DNA from: a bacterium
GTDB taxonomy: Bacteria > Bacillota_I > Bacilli_A > RFN20 > CAG-826
Assembly (NCBI GenBank): GCA_963643345.1
Contig: CAVIJK010000004.1
Coordinates: 310 to 64,309 of the forward strand
Reading direction: 5' to 3'
DNA: 64,000 bases
Below the pieces are notes generated by a model, which did no database searches, was not told the origin of the DNA, and worked only from the letters and a program-made list of their open reading frames with translations. Position 1 is the first letter of the stretch. The number at the start of each line of letters is the position of its first letter. The translations under genes were made by a program, and so were the position numbers. Of this stretch, positions 9,981 to 20,316 are shown one piece after another.

Positions 9981-10831
9981 TGATTGGAATATACGTTTTC
10001 TCCGCAACAGGAAATACATATAAATGCGCCTCTTATATCAAAGAGGTTCTTTCTGGTACGGGGCAAGAAATAGAACTTAAAAGAATCGAGAATGGAAGTG
10101 AGACGGTAGATAAACATTATGAGACGCTTATCATTTGCTACCCAATCCATGGCTTTAATATGCCAACAAATGTATATTCATTCTGCAAGAATCTTAGAGA
10201 TGGAGCCGGGACAAATGTGTACTTTGTTGAATCATCCGGTGAGCCGCTCGAAATCAATCATGCCTCTTCGAAGAAAGCAGAGAAAGTCTTAACGAAGAAC
10301 GGTTTTAAATGCCTAGGCGATTACCACTACATCATGCCTTATAACATGATTTTCAAACACACAAACGAGATGGCCGCCAAAATGTGGGATGCCGCCAAAA
10401 GAAGAATTCGCGTGGATGCCATAAACATGACTGAGGCCAAACCGCATCATTTGAAAAGATCGCCATGGACAAAATTTGTTTGTTTTGTTGTAAGGATTGA
10501 ACATTGGGGCATGAGATTTAGCGGCCGTTTCTTCCATGTAAGAAAAAATAAGTGCATTAAATGCATGGCCTGCGTGCGGAATTGCCCAATGAAAAACATC
10601 ACTTACAATGAGGAAAAAGGCAAATTTAAATTCGGCGGCAAATGCCTTGGCTGTAATAGGTGTGCATTCCAGTGTCCAAAGGATGCAATATTCTTCGGAT
10701 TGATGGATTGGATGTCCGTAAATGGCCAGTACAACTTCAACGCGGATAAGGACAAGGCTATTATCGGAAAATACTGTCACAATGCATATGTCAAATATTT
10801 CAAAGAAACCGATGAACAGTATCCAAATTAA
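9980..10831 (+). CDS. Flavodoxin-like / 2x[4Fe-4S] ferredoxin-domain protein (EFR1-family-like)
   Basis: Its start overlaps the upstream stop (TAATG). Two CxxCxxCxxxCP motifs (CIKCMACVRNCP, CLGCNRCAFQCP) follow an N-terminal flavodoxin-like region. Confidence 0.8.
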   Translation: MIGIYVFSATGNTYKCASYIKEVLSGTGQEIELKRIENGSETVDKHYETLIICYPIHGFNMPTNVYSFCKNLRDGAGTNVYFVESSGEPLEINHASSKKAEKVLTKNGFKCLGDYHYIMPYNMIFKHTNEMAAKMWDAAKRRIRVDAINMTEAKPHHLKRSPWTKFVCFVVRIEHWGMRFSGRFFHVRKNKCIKCMACVRNCPMKNITYNEEKGKFKFGGKCLGCNRCAFQCPKDAIFFGLMDWMSVNGQYNFNADKDKAIIGKYCHNAYVKYFKETDEQYPN

Positions 10832-10859
10832 AACGTCTCAGCGGCCTGAGACGTCATCG

Positions 10860-12347
10860 TTATTTCGTTAAGTGATGAGCTTTAATATAGGAAGCGGCTT
10901 GTTCAGTAACGTCGATACCAACCTTTTTAAGAATGCCCAATTCGGTATCGGTTAGAATGCAAGATGCGTGAGCTTGAGCGCCTTTCAGTTTTGGAATTTG
11001 TTTTAAAGCGGCAGATGCAAGAGGATTGTTGTTTGATTGAATCGCTAGAGCGATCAAAACCTCAGAATCATTCATTCTCTTTGATGAAGAGATGAGATTT
11101 CTTTTCACATCTTTAACGGCATTGACGACATTTGGAGAGATTAAATCAAATGAATCGTCAATCTTCGCTAACGCCTTCAAGGCATTGATTAGAGCGGCAG
11201 CTGAAGCTGTAAGAACATCAGATTTCTTGCCAACAACGATTTTCCCGTTATTCAGTTGAATAGCAACTGTGTGAGTTCCTTTTTTGGCTTGAGCGTCTAA
11301 GCACGCTTTAACACATTTTCTGTCTTCCGGAGTTGCTCCAACCTGGTTCATGAGGAATTCTGCTTTTGCAACGGCTTTGTCGTCATATTTGCCTAGATAA
11401 CGGGATTTCAAGGCGCCGTAGTATCTTCTAATGATTTCATCTTTAGATGCTTGGCAAGCTGCCTCATCATTTACGATAGCAAAACCGGCCATGTTAACAC
11501 CCATGTCAGTTGGTGAATAATAAGGTGTTGTACCGTAGATTTTTGTGAAAATGCTCTTTAGGAGAGGGAAGGCTTCTACATCACGATTATAGTTGACTGC
11601 AAGCTTCCCGTATTTCTCTAAGTGATATGGGTCAATCATATTGACATCATCAAGGTCTAGAGTTGCGGCTTCATAAGCTAAATTAACCGGATGCTTTAGA
11701 GGGATCGACCAAATTGGGAATGTCTCATATTTAGCATATCCCGCTTTAATACCCCTGACTTCAGAGTTATAAACCTGCGACAAACAAGTCGCTAATTTTC
11801 CTGATCCTGGTCCTGGCGCGGTTACAACGACCAATGGCTTTGTAGTTTCGACAAACTCGTTTTTTCCAAGGCCCTCATCGCTTAATATAAGAGGGATATT
11901 TTGTGGATAACCAGCAATCCTGTAATGCTTATAAGTCTTAATACCCTCGTTTGCAAGTTTAGCCATGAATTCCCTGATAGAAGATGTATCTTCAAACATA
12001 GATATGACAACCGAGTTTACTGGAAGTCCACAGGAGTTATAGATTTCTACTAAGCGTTCCACTTCCGCCTGATACGATAATCCGGTATCGCCTCTAACCT
12101 TGTTGGTGTTGATGTCTCTGGCGTTAACAACAATGATGACTTCAGCATTGTCCTTTAACGAAAGTAATAATTGAAGTTTTGCATCTGGTTCAAATCCAGG
12201 CAAAACTCTTGAAGCGTGATAGTCATCGAAAAGTTTTCCTCCGAACTCCAAATAGAGTTTGGAACCAAATTGATTGATTCTTTTAAGAATGTTCTCTTTT
12301 TGAATCTTCAAATACTGTTTAGTATCGAATGCCTTTTTCTTTGCCAT
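10860..12347 (-). CDS. UPF0371 / DUF1846 family protein
   Basis: 495 aa. The N-terminus KYLKIQKENILKRI...LYLEFGGKLFDDYHASRVLPGFEPD is characteristic of the DUF1846 family. Function unknown. Confidence 0.85.
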   Translation of the reverse strand: MAKKKAFDTKQYLKIQKENILKRINQFGSKLYLEFGGKLFDDYHASRVLPGFEPDAKLQLLLSLKDNAEVIIVVNARDINTNKVRGDTGLSYQAEVERLVEIYNSCGLPVNSVVISMFEDTSSIREFMAKLANEGIKTYKHYRIAGYPQNIPLILSDEGLGKNEFVETTKPLVVVTAPGPGSGKLATCLSQVYNSEVRGIKAGYAKYETFPIWSIPLKHPVNLAYEAATLDLDDVNMIDPYHLEKYGKLAVNYNRDVEAFPLLKSIFTKIYGTTPYYSPTDMGVNMAGFAIVNDEAACQASKDEIIRRYYGALKSRYLGKYDDKAVAKAEFLMNQVGATPEDRKCVKACLDAQAKKGTHTVAIQLNNGKIVVGKKSDVLTASAAALINALKALAKIDDSFDLISPNVVNAVKDVKRNLISSSKRMNDSEVLIALAIQSNNNPLASAALKQIPKLKGAQAHASCILTDTELGILKKVGIDVTEQAASYIKAHHLTK

Positions 12348-12643
12348 ACAAAAATATCCCCGTTGATAAAATAGCTGTTAGCGGGCCAGGGTTAAGCAAC
12401 CTTGCCTAGTACAATAGTCTACAATAAAGGCCTTAGGGCTATAAATGGAAATTTTATGAAATTGATTACATTTACATAAAAATTGAAAATATGGCCATAT
12501 TAATCATCGTTATGTTCATTTTGCTCATTTGGTTTGCCTGATAATGCATATTCATCATTCTAGTAACAATAAATCGGTAATTTGTTACTTGTTATATGCG
12601 ATGGATATAAAATGGAAGCGTCATTAAACAAGGAGAAAAATAT

Positions 12644-13789
12644 ATGGCAAATCGTTTCATGTTGAATGAGACTTCCTATCATGGACACGGTGCTATCGAA
12701 AACATCGTTCCAGAAATACAGGCGAGGGGTTTCAAAAATGTTTTAGTCTGTTCAGATGCAAGTTTAATCAAGTTCGGAGTCGCCGCAAAAGTCACATCAT
12801 TGCTTGATAATGCAGGCATCAAGTACAACGTATATTCAGATATCAAACCAAATCCAACGATCGAAAATGTTGTAAACGGCGTTGCTGCAGCTAAGGCTTG
12901 CAATGCAGACTGCATAGTCGCTATCGGCGGAGGATCGTCAATGGATACCTCAAAAGCGATCGGAATAATTATCACAAATCCAGAATTTGCCGATGTCAGA
13001 TCGCTCGAAGGCGTTGCCCCCACAAAAAAGCCATGCTTACCAATCATCGCAGTGCCAACCACCGCCGGAACAGCGGCTGAGGTTACAATCAATTATGTCA
13101 TCACGGATGTTGAGAAGAAGAGAAAATTCGTTTGTGTTGACCCACACGATATGCCAGTCGTCGCGGTTGTTGATCCAGATATGATGGCTTCAATGCCAAA
13201 AGGTTTAACGGCCTCAACCGGTATGGATGCCTTAACACATGCGATTGAAGGCTACATCACCAAAGCCGCTTGGGAACTTTCAGACATGTTCCACATCAAA
13301 GCGATTGAAATCATCTCTAAGTCCCTTAGAAAAGCAGTCGAAAACGACCCAGATGGACGCGAAGGCATGGCATTAGGCCAGTACATCGCTGGAATGGGAT
13401 TCTCAAATGTAGGTTTAGGAATCGATCATTCGATGGCCCACACATTATCAGCGTACTATGATGTTCCACACGGAGTCGCATGCGCAATGCTCCTTCCTAT
13501 CGCAATGGAATACAACGCACCGGTCACAGGCGAGAAATATAGAGAAATCGCTAGAGTCATGGGTGTAAAGGGCGTTGATGAAATGTCGCAGGATGAATAT
13601 CGTGCTGCCGCTATCAACGCGGTCAAACAGCTCTCGCAAGACGTTGGAATTCCAACCAAGTGCGAGGCAATTAAGGAAGAGGATCTCGAGAATTTGGCAA
13701 GAGATGCTCTTGCTGATGCTTGCTGCCCAGGAAACCCAAGAACAGCAACAAAAGAAGATGTTCTTGTGATGTTCAGGAAGTTAATGTAA
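12644..13789 (+). CDS. fucO: Iron-containing alcohol dehydrogenase, lactaldehyde reductase / 1,2-propanediol oxidoreductase type
   Basis: 381 aa with long identical blocks to E. coli FucO as I recall it (NPEFADVRSLEG, PTTAGTAAEVTINYVITD, KFVCVDPHD, ALTHAIEGYIT, GFSNVGLG). SD AAGGAG upstream. Confidence 0.85.
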   Translation: MANRFMLNETSYHGHGAIENIVPEIQARGFKNVLVCSDASLIKFGVAAKVTSLLDNAGIKYNVYSDIKPNPTIENVVNGVAAAKACNADCIVAIGGGSSMDTSKAIGIIITNPEFADVRSLEGVAPTKKPCLPIIAVPTTAGTAAEVTINYVITDVEKKRKFVCVDPHDMPVVAVVDPDMMASMPKGLTASTGMDALTHAIEGYITKAAWELSDMFHIKAIEIISKSLRKAVENDPDGREGMALGQYIAGMGFSNVGLGIDHSMAHTLSAYYDVPHGVACAMLLPIAMEYNAPVTGEKYREIARVMGVKGVDEMSQDEYRAAAINAVKQLSQDVGIPTKCEAIKEEDLENLARDALADACCPGNPRTATKEDVLVMFRKLM

Positions 13790-13821
13790 GTCAGTCCAAC
13801 AAAAAAACCAAAAGGCTGTTG

Positions 13822-13866
13822 AAACCTATATGGTTATGACGGCCTTTTTCCATATAAAAATGAGGC
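13822..13866 (+). terminator. Probable terminator after fucO
   Basis: AAAGGCTG ... CGGCCTTT with a large loop, followed by TTT. Weaker than the other terminators in the window. Confidence 0.4.
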
Positions 13867-14104
13867 AAATAGCTCGCTTTTATCGGTAGCAATTCAAAAT
13901 ATTTTCTTTTTGAAATATGACAAACTCCAAAAAAACTATGTCCGGAGCCACGAAAACAATAAAACGTTTTCAATTGCGGCAAAGTCTTTTTCTTTGCTCG
14001 GATAAAAAATGGAAAATCTTCAATGGCGGTTTTCTAACCAATCCCCTTCTCAACAAAGTCAATTGATTAAATTTCGATAGATAACATTTTTTAAAGTGTT
14101 AATA

Positions 14105-14350
14105 TATTGCCAGGCTATGAAGGAAACAGAGTAGCGAGCACATAATCTTCTTTAGAGAGAATCCGGTTGGTGCAAGGATTAGAAGACGTGTTTGTGAATT
14201 ACATTCCGGAGCTGCTTAATGCCGGGGCCGCCCGATACAGCGGACGTCTGACCACCATAGGTTAGATACTAAGGAGTTAGGTGCGAACCTAACTTAAATT
14301 GAGGTGGTAACACGAGAAATTCGTCCTCTACATTAGGGGACGTTTTATTT
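14105..14350 (+). promoter_or_regulatory. T-box leader, Tyr (UAC) specifier, upstream of tyrS
   Basis: AGAGA box (~14153). GTGAA-TAC-A specifier context (TAC at 14200-14202). T-box sequence AATTGAGGTGGTAACACGAG (~14297-14316). Terminator CGTCCTC...GGGGACG (14322-14342) plus a T-run. Confidence 0.85.
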
Positions 14351-14373
14351 TGTCCCAAAGAAGGAGAACACAT

Positions 14374-15591
14374 ATGGGTGTTTATGAAGAGTTACAAGAA
14401 CGTGGCTTAATCGCGCAGGTCACAGATGAGAAGGAAATAAGAGATCTCATCAACAGGGGTGGGGCAAAATTCTACATCGGATTCGATCCAACAGCAGACT
14501 CATTGCATGTCGGCCACTTTATGGCACTTTGCCTAATGAGAAGATTGCAGTTAGCAGGCAACAAGCCGGTAGTCTTAATCGGCGGCGGTACAGGATATAT
14601 CGGGGATCCTTCCGGTAGAACCGACATGAGAGCAATGCTGACTCCAGAGACAATTCAACATAATTGCGACTGCTTCTATAAGCAAATGCAGAGATTCATC
14701 AAATTCGGACCGGATGACGCAATAATGGTTAACAATGCCGATTGGTTATTAGGCCTCAAATACGTCGATGTCTTAAGAGAAGTCGGCGCATGTTTCAGCG
14801 TCAATAACATGCTTAGAGCAGAGTGCTATAAGCAAAGAATGGAAAGAGGACTGTCTTTCTTAGAATTCAATTACATGATCATGCAGTCATATGATTTCTA
14901 CTACCTTCATGAACATTACGGATGCAACATGGAGTTCGGTGGTGACGATCAATGGTCAAACATGCTCGGCGGAACCGAATTAATTAGAAAGAAAACTGGT
15001 CACGATGCATATGCGATGACAATCACTCTTCTCCTCAATTCAGAGGGCAAGAAAATGGGCAAAACAGCATCTGGCGCTGTTTGGCTTGATCCAAACAAGA
15101 CATCTCCATTTGAATTCTTCCAATATTGGAGAAACATCGATGACGCCGATGTCACTAAATGCTTAAAGATGTTAACCTTCATCCCGCTTGATAAAATCAA
15201 AGAGATGGAAAGCTGGGATGCATCCAGAATCAATGAGAAGAAAGAGATTCTTGCATATGAATTAACCGCATTAGTCCACGGCGAGGACGAAGCGACCAAA
15301 TCTAGAGACATGGCGAGATCCCTCTTTGCTGGCGGCGGTGACAATATGCCAACATTCGAATTAACCGAAGCGAATCTTGTTGATGGAAAGATTACATTGA
15401 TTGATTGTTTGGTTCTCTCTGGACTCTCGACATCAAAAACAGAGGCTAGAAAACTCATTCAGGGAAACGGTGTTGCAGTTAATGACGTGAAAGTCGCAGA
15501 TATCGCTCTAAGCTTCACTGCTGAAGAACTTAAGCAAGGTGTCAAGATTAAGAAAGGCAAAAAAGTCTTCGAAAAAATCATCCTTAAATAG
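14374..15591 (+). CDS. tyrS: Tyrosine--tRNA ligase
   Basis: HIGH motif (LHVGH), KMSKS motif (KMGKT) and a C-terminal S4-like domain. The ORF-track start 14350 is TTG within the T-run. ATG 14374 follows AAGGAG. Confidence 0.95.
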   Translation: MGVYEELQERGLIAQVTDEKEIRDLINRGGAKFYIGFDPTADSLHVGHFMALCLMRRLQLAGNKPVVLIGGGTGYIGDPSGRTDMRAMLTPETIQHNCDCFYKQMQRFIKFGPDDAIMVNNADWLLGLKYVDVLREVGACFSVNNMLRAECYKQRMERGLSFLEFNYMIMQSYDFYYLHEHYGCNMEFGGDDQWSNMLGGTELIRKKTGHDAYAMTITLLLNSEGKKMGKTASGAVWLDPNKTSPFEFFQYWRNIDDADVTKCLKMLTFIPLDKIKEMESWDASRINEKKEILAYELTALVHGEDEATKSRDMARSLFAGGGDNMPTFELTEANLVDGKITLIDCLVLSGLSTSKTEARKLIQGNGVAVNDVKVADIALSFTAEELKQGVKIKKGKKVFEKIILK

Positions 15592-15607
15592 GAAACGATA
15601 AAAACTG

Positions 15608-15636
15608 AAAGCGGGATTTGAAAACCCGCTTTTAAT
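15608..15636. terminator. Terminator after tyrS (possibly shared with convergent recN)
   Basis: AAGCGGG...CCCGCTT hairpin (15609-15631) flanked by A-rich and T-rich tracts. Confidence 0.75.
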
Positions 15637-15701
15637 TATGTTTTTTCTGTATGTTAAAGATTTATATCAAACAAAAAGCGATTGCTTGATGGACGTGAAA
15701 A

Positions 15702-17369
15702 CTATTTGTCACTCATCACAAGTTCTTTTGCGTATTCCAGTTGTTTTTCTGTCACCTTGCCGCCCGAAATCAAATGAGCTATTTCACTAATCTTCCCATC
15801 TAAATCCAGTTCTTTGACCGAAGTGTATGTACGGCCAGATTTAACTTCTTTGCTAATCAAGATATGATGATCGCTTTTGGATGCGATCTGCGGCATATGA
15901 GTAATCGCAATGACTTGACTCGAATAAGAAATTTCCTTAATCTTTTTCGCCACCGCCTCTGCAGCTTCTCCAGATATACCTGTATCGATTTCATCAAATA
16001 TTACGGTAGCAATCTTATTGGCTTTGACGAATATTGCTTTAAAGGCAAGCATAATACGGCTGGCTTCTCCGCCAGAAACGACCTTTGCAAGGCTCTTTAA
16101 ACCTTCGCCTATATTTGTTTCAATCAAGAAATCAACAGTGTCCAGACCATCCTCTTTAAATAACGTATCATCTTTTGTTTTGTTAGAGAGGAAAGAAACC
16201 TCAAACCTAGCCTTCAATAAAAGGCTTGTAAGGTTATTCTCCACCTCTTTTTCAATGGATTTAGCAATCTTTGTTCTAACTTTGGTGAGGTCCAAACCTT
16301 TTTGATACGTTTTTTCGAATGCCTCATTGAGTGTTTCTTTTGCCTTTTGGATATCTTCTTCGAATGTGGAATCCTTACCTATCATCGTACATAATTCATC
16401 ACGGTATGCAATCATCTCTTCGATTGATTTACGATATTTTCTCTTGAGTGCATTTAAATCGCTTTGACGTTGTTGAAGAACGTCAAGTCTTTCTGGATCA
16501 TAATCGATGTTTTTAAAATTCTTCTTCAAGGTTTGGAATGTATCGTCAATCGAGTAATATTGCTCATCGAGTTTGTCATGGATTTCTTTATATTGCGGCT
16601 GAATGCTCGAAAGTTTCTCCAACACTTTATTGAGTTCATAAAGGCGGTCGATAAAATCCTCACGAATGATGGAGTCGGCTTCTTGAGATAATTCATAAAT
16701 TCTGTCGTAGTTCTTTAGAAGGGACAACTCTTGTTCAATCTCTTCCTCTTCTCCGATTCTAAGATCTGCAGCATTTAATTCCTTATATTGGAATTCATAG
16801 AAATCTCGCGCTTCTTCAAGTTTGTTTTTCTTCTCTAATAAAATTTGCAATTCATTCTTTTTATTGCAGTACACACCCAACAAATCGAGATAATCTTTCT
16901 TGTAAGATGATGTCATCTCATAAGAAAATCCATCGATAATTTCTAGATAGTTCTCAGGGTTTAAGATTTTCTCAAAATCGAATTGGCTATGGATGTCTGC
17001 CAAATGCTTAGAGATTCTATTTAAATCCTGAAGAGTTAGAACAACACCATTAGCTTTGATGACGCTTCTAGTTTTGCTAATTGTTCTTTCAATTTTAAGT
17101 TCGCCATCAATGAAGGGGATATCAAGTTTAGATAGAATTGCCTCCAGTCTTGGATTATGAATACTAAAATATCCAATAATCGTGGCTTTATCTTCTCCTT
17201 GCCTTATAAGTTCAGAGGCCGCTCTTGCCCCCAAAAGCAAAGATAAAGAATCAATAACAAGGCTTTTTCCTGCTCCAGTACCGCCTGTTAAAACAGTAAA
17301 GCCTTCGCGGAATTCGACATCGATATTCTCAATAATGGCTAGATTGTTAATTATTAATCGTTTAAGCAT
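15702..17369 (-). CDS. recN: DNA repair protein RecN
   Basis: 555 aa. N-terminal Walker A GGTGAGKS, long coiled-coil middle, C-terminal SMC-type signature/Walker B (SGGEASRIMLA ... VIFDEIDTG). Confidence 0.93.
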   Translation of the reverse strand: MLKRLIINNLAIIENIDVEFREGFTVLTGGTGAGKSLVIDSLSLLLGARAASELIRQGEDKATIIGYFSIHNPRLEAILSKLDIPFIDGELKIERTISKTRSVIKANGVVLTLQDLNRISKHLADIHSQFDFEKILNPENYLEIIDGFSYEMTSSYKKDYLDLLGVYCNKKNELQILLEKKNKLEEARDFYEFQYKELNAADLRIGEEEEIEQELSLLKNYDRIYELSQEADSIIREDFIDRLYELNKVLEKLSSIQPQYKEIHDKLDEQYYSIDDTFQTLKKNFKNIDYDPERLDVLQQRQSDLNALKRKYRKSIEEMIAYRDELCTMIGKDSTFEEDIQKAKETLNEAFEKTYQKGLDLTKVRTKIAKSIEKEVENNLTSLLLKARFEVSFLSNKTKDDTLFKEDGLDTVDFLIETNIGEGLKSLAKVVSGGEASRIMLAFKAIFVKANKIATVIFDEIDTGISGEAAEAVAKKIKEISYSSQVIAITHMPQIASKSDHHILISKEVKSGRTYTSVKELDLDGKISEIAHLISGGKVTEKQLEYAKELVMSDK

Positions 17370-17433
17370 GCCTTAATTATAGGGTGTACTGCATAAAGTG
17401 CACCAAAGATTATCGATTTTCTTATAGAAATTA

Positions 17434-17463
17434 AGAAAAGTGCCTCCCTTACGAGAAGCACTT
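17434..17463 (-). terminator. Terminator after ppdK
   Basis: On the minus strand, AGTGCTTC...GAGGCACT followed by a U-run (plus-strand arms 17439-17446 and 17455-17462). Confidence 0.7.
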
Positions 17464-17486
17464 TGTATTTTAGTTGATATAAGAAA

Positions 17487-20147
17487 TTAATACTTATATT
17501 TGCCTTCAGCGTGGATGGCAGCCTGAGCACAGGCAAGTCTAGCACCTGGAACACGGAATGGTGAGCAGGAGACATAGTCGCATCCATACTTGTGGAAGAG
17601 TTCGATTGACTCTGGGTCACCGCCAGCTTCGCCGCAAATACCACACTGGAGTGTAGGATTTGCTTCTTTGCCAGCTTTGACTGACATAGCAATGAGTGCA
17701 CCAACACCTGCATCATCAAGGGTCTTGAATGGATCGAAGTCGATGAGGTTATTTGAGAGATACTCATTGATGTATGTTGAGTAGTCGTTTCTTGAGAATC
17801 CGAATGTGAACTGTGTTAAATCGTTGGTTCCATATGAGAAGTAGTTAGCCTCTGGAGCGATTTCCCCAGCTGTAACTGCTGAACGTGGAGTTTCAATCAT
17901 TGTACCAACAACATATTCAAGCTCAACGCCTGCTGCTTTGATGAGTTTGTCTGCTTCAGCGGAAACGATCTTCTTGCAGAACTTGAATTCACGAGCTGCG
18001 ACGACCTGTGGGATCATCATGGAAGCTGTGACCTTTGTTCCAAGATCTTTCTGAGCACGGAGAGCTGCTTTGATGACAGCACGTCCCTGCATAGCGCCGA
18101 TTTCTGGATAAACGACATCGAGACGGCAGCCACGGAGACCCATCATTGGGTTGGTCATGTGGAGCCACTGGATTCTTGCCTTAACTTTTTCAACTGGTTT
18201 GCCAGCTGCGTTAGCTAATGCGACGATATCTTCTTCCTTCTGTGGAAGGTATTCATCTAGAGGTGGATCAAGTAAACGGACGTTGATGTTGATGTTCTTG
18301 CCGCCTTTGTTAGCTGACATATACATGTTGTAGAAGTCTTCTTCCTGGAACTTCTCTAACATATCGAGATATTTGCATCTCTCTTCTGTTGTTTCGGAAA
18401 GAATCATCTGCTGCATGATGAAGAGTCTGTCTTTACCACGGAACATGTGTTCTGTACGGCAAAGTCCAATCTTCTGAGCACCGAATCTGACTGCGTTAGC
18501 AACTTCCTCTGGTGTGTCTGCGTTTGCGTAGACGTGCATATGAGCATATTTGTCTGCCCAGTTAAGGATCTGAACAAAGTTCTCGTTGTCACCGCCTGCC
18601 TTTGTTTCAACAGCGCCATCATAGATTTCGCCTGTTGAACCATTGATGGAGATAATATCACCTTCGTGATATGTGTGTCCGCCAAGAACCATTGTCTTGT
18701 TGGCTTCATCAATCTTTGCCTCGCCACATCCTGTGACACAGCACTTACCAATTTGTCTTGCAACAACTGCTGCGTGTGAAGTCATACCTCCACGCATTGT
18801 TAAGATACCAGCTGCGGCAACCATACCGCCGAGGTCTTCTGGAGATGTTTCTGCACGGACGAGAACTAACTGAGCGTTCTTGTCTTTTGCAATAGCCTTC
18901 TGAGCATCATCTGCTGAGAAGACGATGTGACCGACACCTGCGCCAGGGCCAGCTGCGTTACCGTGTCCGATGACAACAGCTTTCTTCAATGCTTCTGGAA
19001 CGAATGTTGGGTGTAATAACTGATCAAGTGATCTTGGATCGACTCTGAGGAGAGCTTCTTCTTCACAGATCAAGCCTTCCTTGACAAGGTCTGTTGCGAT
19101 CTGGAGACCTGCAACACCTGTTCTCTTACCATTACGTGTCTGTAAGAAGTAAAGGACTCCGTCTTCGACTGTAAATTCGAAGTCCTGCATATCCTTGTAG
19201 TGTTTTTCAAGAATCTTTGCAGATGAAACGAGCTGCTCATAGATTTCTGGCTGCTGTTCTTTTAAAGCGTCGATTCTTAAAGGTGTTCTGATACCTGCAA
19301 CGACGTCTTCGCCCTGAGCGTTGATAAGATACTCAGCGAAGATTTTGTTTGTACCATCAGTTGGCTGTCTTGTGAATCCGACACCAGTGCCTGATGTATC
19401 GCCCATGTTACCGAATGCCATTGACTGGACGTTGACTGCGGTTCCCCATGAGTAAGGGATGTTGTTCATCTTTCTATAGAGATTTGCTCTCTCGTTATCC
19501 CATGAGTGGAAGACAGCCTTAACTGCTGTGATGAGTTGCTCTTCTGGATCGGTTGGGAATTCTTCACCGAATGTATTCTTGTAGTAAGCTTTGTACTTTG
19601 CAACTAACTCCTTGAGGTCCTCAACTGGGACATCTTTATCTGTTACATAGCCTTTCTTTTCCTTAACTTCTTCAAGCATTGCATCCATCTCAGTACGTGG
19701 ATGTCCTTTGGCGATGTTTGTGAACATAAGGATGAAACGTCTGAAGCAGTCATAAGCAAATCTTTCATTGCCTGACTTCTTAGCGAGAGCAGCGACTGTT
19801 TCGTCATTTAAACCAAGGTTAAGGATTGTATCCATCATACCAGGCATAGAGACTCTAGCGCCTGAACGAACGGAGACTAAGAGTGGGTTTGGACCGTGTC
19901 CGAATGACTTTCCTGTTCTGACTTGGAGATCAGCAACTGCGGCTTTGATTTCAGCGACGAGGTAATCTGGGAGTTCGTGTCCAGATTCGCTGTAAAGTGT
20001 GCATGCTTCTGTCGTGATTGTGAAACCATCTGGAATTCTGATTCCGATGTGTGACATCTCAGCGAGGCCTGCGCCTTTTCCTCCGAGAAGAGGCTTACCT
20101 AATCCGTAAGCGTCTTTGAAGGCATAAACGTATGTTTTGTTTGACAT
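17487..20147 (-). CDS. ppdK: Pyruvate, phosphate dikinase
   Basis: ~886 aa. Phosphohistidine region GGMTSHAAVVAR, PEP-utilizing TIM-barrel C-terminus (GLCRTEHMF, SCSPFRVP). ATG 20147 follows GGAGG. The ORF-track start 20198 is upstream of the SD. Confidence 0.96.
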   Translation of the reverse strand: MSNKTYVYAFKDAYGLGKPLLGGKGAGLAEMSHIGIRIPDGFTITTEACTLYSESGHELPDYLVAEIKAAVADLQVRTGKSFGHGPNPLLVSVRSGARVSMPGMMDTILNLGLNDETVAALAKKSGNERFAYDCFRRFILMFTNIAKGHPRTEMDAMLEEVKEKKGYVTDKDVPVEDLKELVAKYKAYYKNTFGEEFPTDPEEQLITAVKAVFHSWDNERANLYRKMNNIPYSWGTAVNVQSMAFGNMGDTSGTGVGFTRQPTDGTNKIFAEYLINAQGEDVVAGIRTPLRIDALKEQQPEIYEQLVSSAKILEKHYKDMQDFEFTVEDGVLYFLQTRNGKRTGVAGLQIATDLVKEGLICEEEALLRVDPRSLDQLLHPTFVPEALKKAVVIGHGNAAGPGAGVGHIVFSADDAQKAIAKDKNAQLVLVRAETSPEDLGGMVAAAGILTMRGGMTSHAAVVARQIGKCCVTGCGEAKIDEANKTMVLGGHTYHEGDIISINGSTGEIYDGAVETKAGGDNENFVQILNWADKYAHMHVYANADTPEEVANAVRFGAQKIGLCRTEHMFRGKDRLFIMQQMILSETTEERCKYLDMLEKFQEEDFYNMYMSANKGGKNININVRLLDPPLDEYLPQKEEDIVALANAAGKPVEKVKARIQWLHMTNPMMGLRGCRLDVVYPEIGAMQGRAVIKAALRAQKDLGTKVTASMMIPQVVAAREFKFCKKIVSAEADKLIKAAGVELEYVVGTMIETPRSAVTAGEIAPEANYFSYGTNDLTQFTFGFSRNDYSTYINEYLSNNLIDFDPFKTLDDAGVGALIAMSVKAGKEANPTLQCGICGEAGGDPESIELFHKYGCDYVSCSPFRVPGARLACAQAAIHAEGKYKY

Positions 20148-20271
20148 ATTGTCCTCCATAAATGCAATAAACATTACATTGCGTTGTGATTCTATCACAC
20201 GAGTAGTAGATAGTGAAATCTTTTGTCTATCAAAAGAATGAAATAGATAAAAAAATATCGATTTTTAAACG

Positions 20272-20296
20272 AAAATAAAAGCCTCTTTAGAGGCTT
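20272..20296 (-). terminator. Terminator after rlmA
   Basis: AAGCCTC-TTTA-GAGGCTT hairpin (20279-20296). On the minus strand it is followed by TTTTATTTT. Confidence 0.75.
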
Positions 20297-20316
20297 AATT
20301 GTTTTAAAATCAAAAA

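Noticed and set aside
13791-13982. A 63-aa minus-strand ORF and a GCAAAG…CTTTGC hairpin in the fucO-tyrS spacer, considered as a small gene or sRNA.
   Set aside because: The ORF lacks an SD and looks like random AT-rich sequence. The hairpin has no adjoining U-run or promoter on either strand.
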